A stretch of 63,904 bases of DNA, filler included, from Reclinomonas americana ATCC 50394 (lineage: Eukaryota), in assembly GCA_048213135.1 (NCBI GenBank). It is 14 parts of 14 records of this genome, joined end to end, with 100 filler letters (N's around TTAATTAATTAA, not from the genome) between each part and the next. Parts side by side here need not be neighbours in the genome. Positions count along the whole stretch, not along the records: positions 55,018 to 58,463 come from AFZH01023309.1; positions 58,564 to 62,732 come from AFZH01023310.1; positions 62,833 to 63,904 come from AFZH01023334.1; 11 more parts are not named here. One strand, written 5' to 3'. Positions within the stretch are counted from its first letter, which is position 1. The number at the start of each line of letters is the position of its first letter. Position numbers and translations under genes: made by a program. Below the pieces are notes generated by a model, which was not told the origin of the DNA, made no database searches, and saw only the letters and a program-made list of their open reading frames with translations. Below are positions 55,575-63,904 of this stretch, one piece after another.

Positions 55575-56273
55575 ATGTACAAGCGCAACCAGATCAACGA
55601 TGTCCTGGTTAAGGCCATCCGGTCGAGCCACTCGCGCCTGTCGGATGACATCATACTGACTCGGATCAAGCGTCTGCTGGACCTCGACCGAAAGAGTAGG
55701 CCGCCACTAGGAAGAATCACGCCTCCCGTTTTCGCGTTTCATGACGGTGAGGCGGCCGGCTCTGGCCGCGATGTCACCTTCTCTGCGTATTCTGTGTTCG
55801 CGCTTTTTATCGCACTTCGGTTGATGAGCTGCGGCCTGCCGCAGGGCGGAGCTGTCGATTCACTTCGCAAATTCCGAGAGGCGCTCGAGCGCGAACATCG
55901 AAGGATGACCGAGGTGGATATCGCTTCGCTGCTCGACATCGAAGAGACGGTCATTGCCAGCGCGAACGCGGTCGGCAAAGAGGTGCTCATCGCGAAGGGG
56001 AATGTGGTCGAGGACGCGGAGAAGATGGTCTTCTTCTGCATCCATGCAGACCTTGAAGCTGTCGCGACGTCGACACGTACGGTCGCCGGCGGGGACGGGC
56101 CGAGGCCCGACAATATCTGCCGAGGAAAGGAAGAGCTGGAGAGGCGCATTGCGCTGGATGCCTACGCGCAAAGTCCTACGCTCATCATCGAACTCATGAA
56201 CCCGTTTATTCAGCTCAACCATCTGTTCTCGAAGACCGAGCCGACGCGCCGCGGGCGCCGGCGAGGGACTTGA
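55575..56273 (+). CDS. Hypothetical protein, probably island-borne and DNA-binding
   Basis: Intact 232-aa ORF with atypical codon usage directly before a ParB relic. Confidence 0.6.
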   Translation: MYKRNQINDVLVKAIRSSHSRLSDDIILTRIKRLLDLDRKSRPPLGRITPPVFAFHDGEAAGSGRDVTFSAYSVFALFIALRLMSCGLPQGGAVDSLRKFREALEREHRRMTEVDIASLLDIEETVIASANAVGKEVLIAKGNVVEDAEKMVFFCIHADLEAVATSTRTVAGGDGPRPDNICRGKEELERRIALDAYAQSPTLIIELMNPFIQLNHLFSKTEPTRRGRRRGT

Positions 56274-56277
56274 ATCC

Positions 56278-56738
56278 ATGTCGAACAGCTCGGAGTATGC
56301 AAAATTGAAACCTAATTATGGCATTCAAATCTCGCGACAGATCGAGCTCCGCCCGGTCGCGTCGCTTCGTCCGTCCGCGCGGAATGCGCGCACCCATTCG
56401 AAGGCCCAGGTCGCCCAGATCGCGCGGAGCATCGAACAGTTCGGCTTCACCAATCCCCTGCTGATCGATGAGAAGGGCGGGTGCTCGCCGGCCATGGCCG
56501 GCTGCGCGCTGCAAACGACCTGCAGCTAACTGAGGTCCCGACCCTCTGCGTTGCCGGGCTGAGCGCGGCACAGCGGCGAGCGCTGATGCTGGCCGATAAC
56601 AAGATCGCCGAGAATGCCGGCTGGGATCGGGACCTGCTCGCGGTCGAACTTGGCGAGCTGACCGGCCTGCTCGACGCGTATGTATACCTCTCACTCGGCT
56701 CAATCGATTGCAATTGGCCTGTTTGCATGAGTTCTTGA
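56278..56738 (+). pseudogene. ParB/Srx-like N-terminal domain of a ParB-methyltransferase type gene, frameshifted and truncated
   Basis: RNARTHSKAQVAQIARSIEQFGFTNPLLIDE / VLAGHGR..ADNKIAENAGWD; frameshift near 56478; homology ends near 56675. Confidence 0.8.
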
Positions 56739-57177
56739 TCTGACCAGAGCCATCAGCGGTAGCCGATCAAATCGGCGGGTTGCGCGGCTCCTTCTGACAC
56801 TGGCCACCGGCCGGGAATCTGGAGACCGTCGATGGGCGCCGTCGATCCGGCTCAATATCGACCCCAAGACTGGGCCGAGCCTCGCCAGACCCGTCTCCAG
56901 CAGGCGCCGATTCGCATCGTCGGATGCCACCATAGGCCCGCCCGGCCAAGCGTGTCTGCGACTACGTTGCTCTGGATCAAATGAGCTGGCCGCTATGGCG
57001 GACGAAGGTCGGTAGACTGCGTTGCGCCACAAGCGGACTCTGAGTTCCTGCCCGAAGCGGACCTGCCGAGAGCGCGCGCTGGTTGGCTGCCGGACTCGAC
57101 CGGCAGCTCACTCTGGCGCTGGGGAGCTCAGCGGACAGACGGCATGCCGGGCTCCTAGAAGAAGACCAGACCGCGCC

Positions 57178-58167
57178 TCACAGCACCTTGGGCGAGTATA
57201 GCGCGCCCTGGAACTCCGGCACGTACTCGTACTTCACCAGCGTGCCGAGCTTGAGCGCCTTGATGTAGGTCGACAGGCTGCCGTCCCCGAGCGTCAGCTT
57301 CACGGAGTCTGCGCTGGAGCTGCTCGCGTGGCGCAACTGGCGTGAGATTGTGTAGCCTGTCGTCAGGCGGCCCTTCTGGTCGAGGTTGGTGAAGCTGTTC
57401 TTGACCATCGATTCCTTGCTGGAAACGTCGGAAAGCTTGCGCGTCTCGAAAGTGACATCGACCTTCCTGGTCTGTGCGTCGAAAATCTCAACGACGACGG
57501 ATTTGTCGGTCTCCTTGTAACTGATGTCGGTCAGCCATTTCGGCAGGTTGTAGCCGACCACGCCGCGCACCCGGGCCAGTTCGGTGTTGACCGGGAGCTT
57601 GAGCACATAGCCCCAGAAATCGCTGTCCATCATCTGGCCGAGCAACGAGAAGGGGCCGAGATTGAAGGAGCCTAGCTTGTTGGTGATAACGGACAGGCCG
57701 ATCTCTTCGTAGCTGTCATTGTCGCAATAACGATAGGTGTAAGCCGTCAGGGCGATCAGGCCCCGGCCGGGCCATATCTGGAGCGGCTGGACCTTCGCCA
57801 GCACCTCGGCCGGCATGAGTTCCTTCAGCTTGTCCAGGTCGGCCGTGAAGATCGCCGTGACCCGGCTGTTCTTGTAGTAGAAATTCGGGGAATAGGACTC
57901 GAAGCCGATGTCGACGCGCTCCTTCTTGAGCTGCCTGAACCAGCTCAGGTCCACATCCGGCGCTTCCGCGGCAATGACCGACAGCGGAGGATTGGAGCGA
58001 TAGCGATCGTAAAGCCCGCCCTTGACCACGGGCACCTGCTGGCCGGCGATGTCGATCATCGTCGTGGTCTCCGGTTGCTTCACCACGGAGCGATCGCCCG
58101 CCCAACTGGAGCTGGCGAGCAGGTTGAAGATAACACCGAACGCTGCGGCGAGAGTTCTCGTCTTCAT
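57178..58167 (-). CDS. Acetoacetate decarboxylase-like superfamily protein with signal peptide
   Basis: YEEIGLSV, YVLKLPVNTELARVRG..YNLPK. Confidence 0.75.
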   Translation of the reverse strand: MKTRTLAAAFGVIFNLLASSSWAGDRSVVKQPETTTMIDIAGQQVPVVKGGLYDRYRSNPPLSVIAAEAPDVDLSWFRQLKKERVDIGFESYSPNFYYKNSRVTAIFTADLDKLKELMPAEVLAKVQPLQIWPGRGLIALTAYTYRYCDNDSYEEIGLSVITNKLGSFNLGPFSLLGQMMDSDFWGYVLKLPVNTELARVRGVVGYNLPKWLTDISYKETDKSVVVEIFDAQTRKVDVTFETRKLSDVSSKESMVKNSFTNLDQKGRLTTGYTISRQLRHASSSSADSVKLTLGDGSLSTYIKALKLGTLVKYEYVPEFQGALYSPKVL

Positions 58168-58200
58168 TGACGGCACCTCGAAGGGGTTGCTGATGCCGCA

Positions 58201-58231
58201 GCTCTAACGTTAAAGTTAACTTTAGTGTCAA
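58201..58231 (-). promoter_or_regulatory. MerR-type promoter (19-bp spacer)
   Basis: TTGACA-ctaaagttaactttaacgt-TAGAGC with dyad taaagttaacttta. Confidence 0.8.
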
Positions 58232-58294
58232 GCGGCTTTCGTAGCTCCTTTGGGCGGCCGGACATGCTGGCCACCGGAACGCGACAACCGCCGC

Positions 58295-58325
58295 TTGACC
58301 TTCAACATAGGTTTAATCTTACGCT
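58295..58325 (+). promoter_or_regulatory. MerR-type promoter (19-bp spacer) for a gene starting at 58459 that is lost in the gap
   Basis: TTGACC-ttcaacataggtttaatct-TACGCT; GGAG-ATG at 58459. Confidence 0.65.
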
Positions 58326-58563
58326 CGGTCCCGCCATGTCTGACGGGCTGGAAGCGCTGGACGCTCAAACCCACAAGAGGGCCCCTGCGCCGGCCGCAGT
58401 CGCAAGTTTCCGAAGATGAGTCTGTTTGATCCAGTCACCCGCAGGAAGGAGAGCAGCCATGCCNNNNNNNNNNNNNNNNNNNNNNNNNNNNNNNNNNNNN
58501 NNNNNNNTTAATTAATTAANNNNNNNNNNNNNNNNNNNNNNNNNNNNNNNNNNNNNNNNNNNN

Positions 58564-59370
58564 AGCCGAGCCCATCATCGCCGGCACCTCGTAGCTGCCG
58601 CCTGAGAGTTCGACGAGATCGACGCCCAGGGAATTGAGCATCAAGACTACGGCTTGGGCATCCTCCGGGGAGAATCCGCCGCGTTGGAAGTCGGCGGAGT
58701 TGAGTTTGATGGAGACTGCAAAACCGGGTCCGACGACAGCGCGCACGCCGCGCACGATGTCGAGCAGCAGGCGCGCCCGATTCTCGAGGCTGCCGCCCCA
58801 GCGGTCCTGCCGATGGTTCGACAAGGGGGAGAGGAACTGGCTGAGCAGATAGCCATGCGCCGCATGGATCTCCACGCCGGCAAACCCGGCCGCCTCGGCC
58901 AGGAGAGCGGTTTTGACGAAGCGTTGCTCGACCTCGGCGATCTCGGCCTCCGTCATCTGGCGCGGCACGGGAAAGCGCTTCGACTGCGCGCCGAGATCCA
59001 GCGCGATCGCGGACGGCGCCAGCGTCGCTTGACCCAGATCGGCAGGCATCTGCCGGCCGGGATGGTTGATCTGCATCCAGACCTGGCCACCGCCCGAGCG
59101 CGCCGCATCGGCCCAGGCCTTGAAGCGGTCGAGATTGCGATCATCTTCCAGCACCACACCCGGCGGACCCGTCATGGCGCGAGCGTCGACCATGACATTG
59201 CCGGTGATGATCAGCCCGGCCTCGCCATCGGCCCAGTTCTGGTACAGCCGGATGAGTTCGCCTGACGGAGCGTGATCATCGTCGGCCATGTTCTCTTCCA
59301 TCGCCGCCTTGGCGATGCGGTTCGGGACGGTGATGCCATTGGGCAGGACAAGCGGGGAAAACAGGGACAT
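58564..59370 (-). CDS. NADH:flavin oxidoreductase (old yellow enzyme family), N-terminal part
   Basis: PNRIAKAAM, QINHPGRQ, EIHAAHGYLLSQFLSP..N.R.D.WGGSLENR. Confidence 0.93.
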
Positions 59371-59397
59371 CGGTCGCTCCAAGAAAGATTTGGACAG

Positions 59398-59428
59398 ACC
59401 GTAACGTTTTAGTTAAGTTGAAGGTCAA
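59398..59428 (-). promoter_or_regulatory. MerR-type promoter/operator between the OYE and merR genes
   Basis: TTGACC-ttcaacttaactaaaacgt-TACGGT, 19-bp spacer. Confidence 0.8.
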
Positions 59429-59455
59429 GAGAATTTTTCGCTGGAATTTGCGACC

Positions 59456-59938
59456 ATGAACATCGGGGAACTGGCCAAGCGGACCGGCCTGACGAATTCG
59501 CGTATCCGCTTCTATGAGAGCGCCGGCCTCCTGAAGACGGTGGACCGTCGGCCCAATGGCTACCGCACCTATTCGTCCGATGCGGTGCTGGTCCTCGAAC
59601 TCATCACGACGGCGCAGAAGGCGGGCTTCTCGCTCGACGAGATCCGCACGCTTCTGCCGAGCGATCTCGATCGGTGGGAGCATGATGCGCTGCTCGATGC
59701 ACTCCGAAAGAAGGTCAGGGACATCGAGGCGCTGGAGCAGCGGCTGGCCGAGAGCAAGGCGCAGCTCGTCGGACTTATAGGCGACATCGAGGCGAAGCCC
59801 GGCGACATGGATTGCGCCGCCAATGCCCGCAGGGTTCTGTCGCGGATGCTCGGCAAGGCTGTAGACACGCCGACAGGCGCGGTCGACGACAAACCGGCCG
59901 GCAAGGCAACGCGGCGCCCTCGCGCCAGAGCGGTCTAA
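59456..59938 (+). CDS. MerR family transcriptional regulator
   Basis: MNIGELAKRTG..IRFYE..GLL..NGYRTY..GFSLDEI. Confidence 0.93.
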   Translation: MNIGELAKRTGLTNSRIRFYESAGLLKTVDRRPNGYRTYSSDAVLVLELITTAQKAGFSLDEIRTLLPSDLDRWEHDALLDALRKKVRDIEALEQRLAESKAQLVGLIGDIEAKPGDMDCAANARRVLSRMLGKAVDTPTGAVDDKPAGKATRRPRARAV

Positions 59939-59944
59939 CCTGCC

Positions 59945-60949
59945 ATGCGCGCCTATGTGATGACGGCTTATGGCAACGTTCAGGATGTCGTCCGGCTCCT
60001 CGACCTTCCTGACCCTGTGCCAGGGGCTGACGAGGTCGTCTGCGACATCAAGGCGGCCGCGCTCAATCCAATCGATCAAAAGACAATCGCCGGCGACCTG
60101 AAGCAGGTCATCCGATACGACCTGCCACACACCATTGGCTTCGACGCCAGCGGCACGGTGCGCGCCGTGGGATCGAACGTCACAGCCTTCAGGCCGGGCG
60201 ACGAGGTCTTCGTGCGGGCCTCGCGCGAAACCATCGGGACCTTCGCCGAGAGGATCGCGCTGCCGCAATCCTTCTTCGCGCGCAAACCCGCGGCGCTCAC
60301 GCATGTGGAAGCCGCCTCGCTCCCTCTGGTCGGCCTGACGACGGTGCAGGGACTGGTGGACCGGGCACGGGCGAAAGCCGGGCAGCGCATCCTGATCCAT
60401 GCCGGCTCCGGCGGCGTCGGCACCTTCGCCATTCAATATGCCAAGGCGCTCGGCCTGCATGTCACCACGACTACGAGCAGCAGGAACGCCGAATTCGTCC
60501 GCACACTCGGCGCTGACACCGTCATTGTCTATGACAAGGAGGATTATCTCACCCAGCCCGGCGATTACGACATCGTCTTCGACACGCTGGGCGGGGCCTT
60601 CACGCTGGATGCGTTCAAGGTCGCGCGGCGGGGCGGTTCCGTCGTCTCGATCGTCGGCCCGCCGGACCGCCAGTTCGCCGACCAGGTCGGAGCCAATCCG
60701 CTGATCCGGCTCGTCATGTGGTTCATGGCGCGGCGCGTCTTCGCGGCCAGCCGCGAGACGGGCGTCGCCTATTACCGCTTCCTGACCGAGTCCGATGGCG
60801 CGCAGCTTGCTGGGATCGCTCGCCTGGTCGATGAGGGCCGCATCAAGCCGGTGATCGACCGGGTCTTCCCGTTCGAGGGCTTACCGGCGGCTTTCGCGCA
60901 TCTGGGTACGGGCCGGGCGAAAGGAAAGGTCGTCCTGTCGATGACCTGA
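59945..60949 (+). CDS. NADP-dependent oxidoreductase (MDR/quinone reductase-like)
   Basis: AAALNPID, GFDASG, ILIHAGSGGVG, GRAKGKVV. Confidence 0.92.
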   Translation: MRAYVMTAYGNVQDVVRLLDLPDPVPGADEVVCDIKAAALNPIDQKTIAGDLKQVIRYDLPHTIGFDASGTVRAVGSNVTAFRPGDEVFVRASRETIGTFAERIALPQSFFARKPAALTHVEAASLPLVGLTTVQGLVDRARAKAGQRILIHAGSGGVGTFAIQYAKALGLHVTTTTSSRNAEFVRTLGADTVIVYDKEDYLTQPGDYDIVFDTLGGAFTLDAFKVARRGGSVVSIVGPPDRQFADQVGANPLIRLVMWFMARRVFAASRETGVAYYRFLTESDGAQLAGIARLVDEGRIKPVIDRVFPFEGLPAAFAHLGTGRAKGKVVLSMT

Positions 60950-60992
60950 TCCGCGAGGCCGAACAGGCGCAGGCAAACGGATGGGCAAAGCA

Positions 60993-61676
60993 TCACAGAA
61001 GACTTGCGACTTTCTCCGCCGTCGCCTTTGCCGACCATGGATTTTGCCCCGTGACGAGGCGGCCGTCGGCGACGGCATAGGAAACGAACGGAAGGAAGGC
61101 CTTTTTGTACAACACTCCGCGCGCCTTCATCTCGGCTTCGGCATTGTAGGGCATCTTCTTCGCGACCCCGGCCAGCACCTCCTCCGTCCAGGAAAAGCCG
61201 GTGAGCCGCTTGCCGGCCACCAGCAGTTTGCCGTCGGACAGCCTCGTGTTCAGCAGGCCGCAATAGCCATGGCAGACCGCGGAGACGATCCCGCCGCGCT
61301 CCCAGATCGAGCGGGTGATGCGCTGTAAGCCTTCGCTGTCCGGAAAATCCCACATGACCGCATGGCCGCCGGTAAAGTAGATCGCATCGAAGTCCGTCGG
61401 GTCGATCTCGTCGGGCGCGGCTGTCGCTTGCAGAAGAGCCATGCGGTTCGGATCATCCAGCCAGGCTTTCGCAGAGGCGTCCAGAAGCGGCCATTTGAGG
61501 GCGCGAGGCTCAAGCGGCGAGACGCCGCCCAGCGGACTTACGATCGTCTGCCCATAACGCTTCTCTGCAAAGACGTCATAGGCATGAGTCAGCTCCGACA
61601 GCCACAGGCCGGTCGGCTGGGTCGGATCGGCATAGTGGGCGACATTGCTGACGACATGGAGAATGCGTTTGGCCAT
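60993..61676 (-). CDS. DJ-1/PfpI (Hsp31-like) type 1 glutamine amidotransferase domain protein
   Basis: GLWLSEL, GGHAVMWD, AVCHG, TGQNP. Confidence 0.92.
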   Translation of the reverse strand: MAKRILHVVSNVAHYADPTQPTGLWLSELTHAYDVFAEKRYGQTIVSPLGGVSPLEPRALKWPLLDASAKAWLDDPNRMALLQATAAPDEIDPTDFDAIYFTGGHAVMWDFPDSEGLQRITRSIWERGGIVSAVCHGYCGLLNTRLSDGKLLVAGKRLTGFSWTEEVLAGVAKKMPYNAEAEMKARGVLYKKAFLPFVSYAVADGRLVTGQNPWSAKATAEKVASLL

Positions 61677-61987
61677 TTGCTAGCGTCCTCGCGCATGTGC
61701 AGAGATATTGCTTCGAAACTGATAGCTAAGGAGGTGGTTCGCGCCTCCGATATCGCCATGGGCAGCTTCTCAAGGCAACCGCTCGACAGGCCGACTAGCT
61801 CTCTGGCCTGTAACAAGGTCCGTTTCGATCCGGCTGCCGTGCGCCAGCAGCTGACCTCGGTACAGTTCCCGATATCGGACATCTATCTCTCTTCCCTTGC
61901 AGTGGCTGCCCGGATCAATGGCACGCCCGTTGCTAGCCCCTGCTCGATCCGCGCGAACCAACGCAGGGCCTCGAGGGGAGCACCGTC

Positions 61988-62732
61988 ATGTGGTCAACAT
62001 CCATCACACGCGCCGTCATGCTGGCACTCGGCGTCTCGACGGCGCTGGCGGGCGCCGCGCTGGCGCAGGAGAAAGTCCTGCGCATCGGCATGACCGCCGC
62101 CGATATCCCGCGCACCCACGGCCAGCCCGATCAGGGCTTCGAAGGCAACCGCTTCACCGGCATACCGATGTATGACGGGCTGACCAACTGGGACCTGTCT
62201 TCGGCCGACAAGGCCAGCGTCGTCATTCCCGGCCTCGCCACCGAATGGGCAGTCGACGCCAGCGACAAGACGAAATGGGTGTTCAAGCTGCGCCCGGGCG
62301 TGAAGTTTCAGGACGGCTCGGCCTTCGATGCCGCAGCGGTGGTCTGGAACGTCGAAAAAGTGCTCAATAAGGAGGCAGCACACTTTGCTGCCGACCAGGT
62401 CGGTGTCACCGTCTCGCGCATGCCGACCTTGAAGTCGGCCAAGGCGATCGATCCGCTCACCGTCGAGCTCACCACCTCCGAGCCCGATGCCTTCCTGCCG
62501 ATCAACCTGACCAATCTCTACATGGCTTCGCCCGCGCACTGGGCCGCCAAGCTCGCCGCCGTACCGGCTTCGGTGACTGATGCGGCCGAACGCTCGAAGC
62601 AGGCCTGGGCCGCCTTCTCGGCCGACCCGTCCGGCACCGGCCCGTTCAAGGGCGTCAGGCTCGTGCCGCGCGAACGCTTCGAGATGGTCGCCAACAAGGC
62701 TTACTGGGACCCCAAGCGAGTGCCGAAGGTCG
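61988..62732 (+). CDS. ABC transporter substrate-binding protein family 5, N-terminal part
   Basis: Signal peptide; PGLATEW..FKLRPGVKFQDG; GTGPF. Confidence 0.9.
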
Positions 62733-62832
62733 NNNNNNNNNNNNNNNNNNNNNNNNNNNNNNNNNNNNNNNNNNNNTTAATTAATTAANNNNNNNNNNNN
62801 NNNNNNNNNNNNNNNNNNNNNNNNNNNNNNNN

Positions 62833-63391
62833 GGCGCAGGACGAAGGCCTCCTGGTCACCGAGCCCGGCGATCCAGAGCGGCCCGGCCTGGGTTTCGAGC
62901 CTGATCGCCCGGTTTTCCAGGACGGGAATGCCGACCGCCTCGAGCGCAATGGTGGACTGGGTCGGCCCCTTGAGCTCGCGCTGGGCGCGCTCGTCCTGCC
63001 ACCAGTCGTGATTGCCGAGCACGGCGAAGCAACCGGAGCGCGCTTCCAGGCGGGCGAGCTCGATGGCCCATTCGGAAGGAGCAGGATCATCTGGGCGGCG
63101 GGTGCGGCTGGCGACGAAATCGCCGACCAGCAAGGTCAGGTCCGGCTTCAGCGCATTGGTCTGCGCGACGATCTCACGCACGCGCGCGACCGGCATATGC
63201 GGGCCGCCGACATGCAGGTCGGTGATCACGGCTAGGCGCAATTGCCGGCCTTCCGGCCAGCTGGCGGGCTTCAGCCGGTAGCGGGTCACGCCCTGATGAG
63301 CGGGTTCCCAGGCATAGGCGTAGCCGCCGAGACCGAAACTGGACAGAAAAAGACCGGCGAGAGTCTGAAGAACTCTGCGCCGGTCAAGCAT
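62833..63391 (-). CDS. Metallophosphoesterase (YkuE-like), N-terminal part
   Basis: TDLH, GDF, LGNHD motifs; N-terminal RRR plus hydrophobic segment. Confidence 0.9.
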
Positions 63392-63418
63392 TTGGGGTCT
63401 CAGTAGGAGGTCGTCGTA

Positions 63419-63616
63419 TCAATCTTCGAAACCGTTGCGCAGGAGCGCCGGAACGTCCCTGCGCTGCGAGGTCAACGCGGCTGGGGTCCAGCGGGTTCCC
63501 GCGAGAATGGCAGGAATCGCGATCGGACGGAAGCGCGATGCATAGGCTTCGCGTGCGCTGGCATCGTGGAAGCTGGCGGTGCGGTGCGCGGGGTGGCGCG
63601 GCTTATGCGTCGACAT
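63419..63616 (-). CDS. Small hypothetical protein
   Basis: Short ORF with a GAGG SD-like motif upstream; no recognisable domain. Confidence 0.45.
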   Translation of the reverse strand: MSTHKPRHPAHRTASFHDASAREAYASRFRPIAIPAILAGTRWTPAALTSQRRDVPALLRNGFED

Positions 63617-63791
63617 GGTCCTCGGTTTCCAGTTCATCGTGCCGGCGGTTCCTGGGCCGCCAGCACCGGCAATGTCGCTGCCGATCGGGTCGGGCCGGCG
63701 GCGGCATTTTGAAATTCTTGTGACGTTTTCATCGTCACACCGAGGCTTTGGTCAGCTTTGGCACAGTTTCGCGGAGAGAGGCTCAACTAGG

Positions 63792-63904
63792 GATGAAGAG
63801 CGCGGGGGAACCCTTCTCCCGTGTGGGAGAAGGGCAGGGATGATGGCCTGCGCTAGCCGCAGAAGGCGCGACGGCGCCGTTGCATTCCAATGACAAGCGG
63901 CGGT
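63792..63904. repeat. Second copy of the 44386 element (left arm plus spacer; cut by window end)
   Basis: gatgaagagcgcgggggaacccttctcccgtgtgggagaagggcagggatga...agaaggcgc...agcggcggt. Confidence 0.85.

Noticed and set aside
59456..59938. Calling the MerR protein SoxR
   Set aside because: Lacks the four-Cys [2Fe-2S] motif
3530..62832. Regularly recurring TTAATTAATTAA repeats as a CRISPR or biological repeat
   Set aside because: Always embedded in N-runs of fixed 100-nt length; an assembly linker

Overview
This window is not one locus. It is 14 draft contigs joined by 13 artificial 100-nt spacers (N-run + TTAATTAATTAA + N-run). Twelve contigs come from a GC-rich alphaproteobacterium (Rhizobiales/Hyphomicrobiales; Bosea-like is my inference). 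They carry metabolic genes, a RES-Xre toxin-antitoxin pair, a sigma54 activator, a fragmented catechol-oxazoline (vibriobactin/agrobactin-type) NRPS siderophore cluster, a MerR redox regulon, REP-like palindromes and IS/island relics. Two contigs (6096-16449 and 16550-35041) come from an intron-dense eukaryote, probably a flagellate. They hold four spliced genes: a TmcB-like membrane protein with three PAS domains and a class III cyclase, an FkbM-type methyltransferase, a FAM149 ciliary protein, and PA200/PSME4. The strongest signals are in the eukaryotic DNA. About a quarter of the cyclase-gene introns (and many in the other genes) use a shifted GTTGCG/GTTGAG 5' splice site. PSME4 has a frame-supported AT-AC U12 intron. 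The cyclase has lost both metal-binding aspartates (a C2-like half enzyme) and sits behind putative heme-PAS sensors. All exon models were read by eye and need RNA-seq confirmation.
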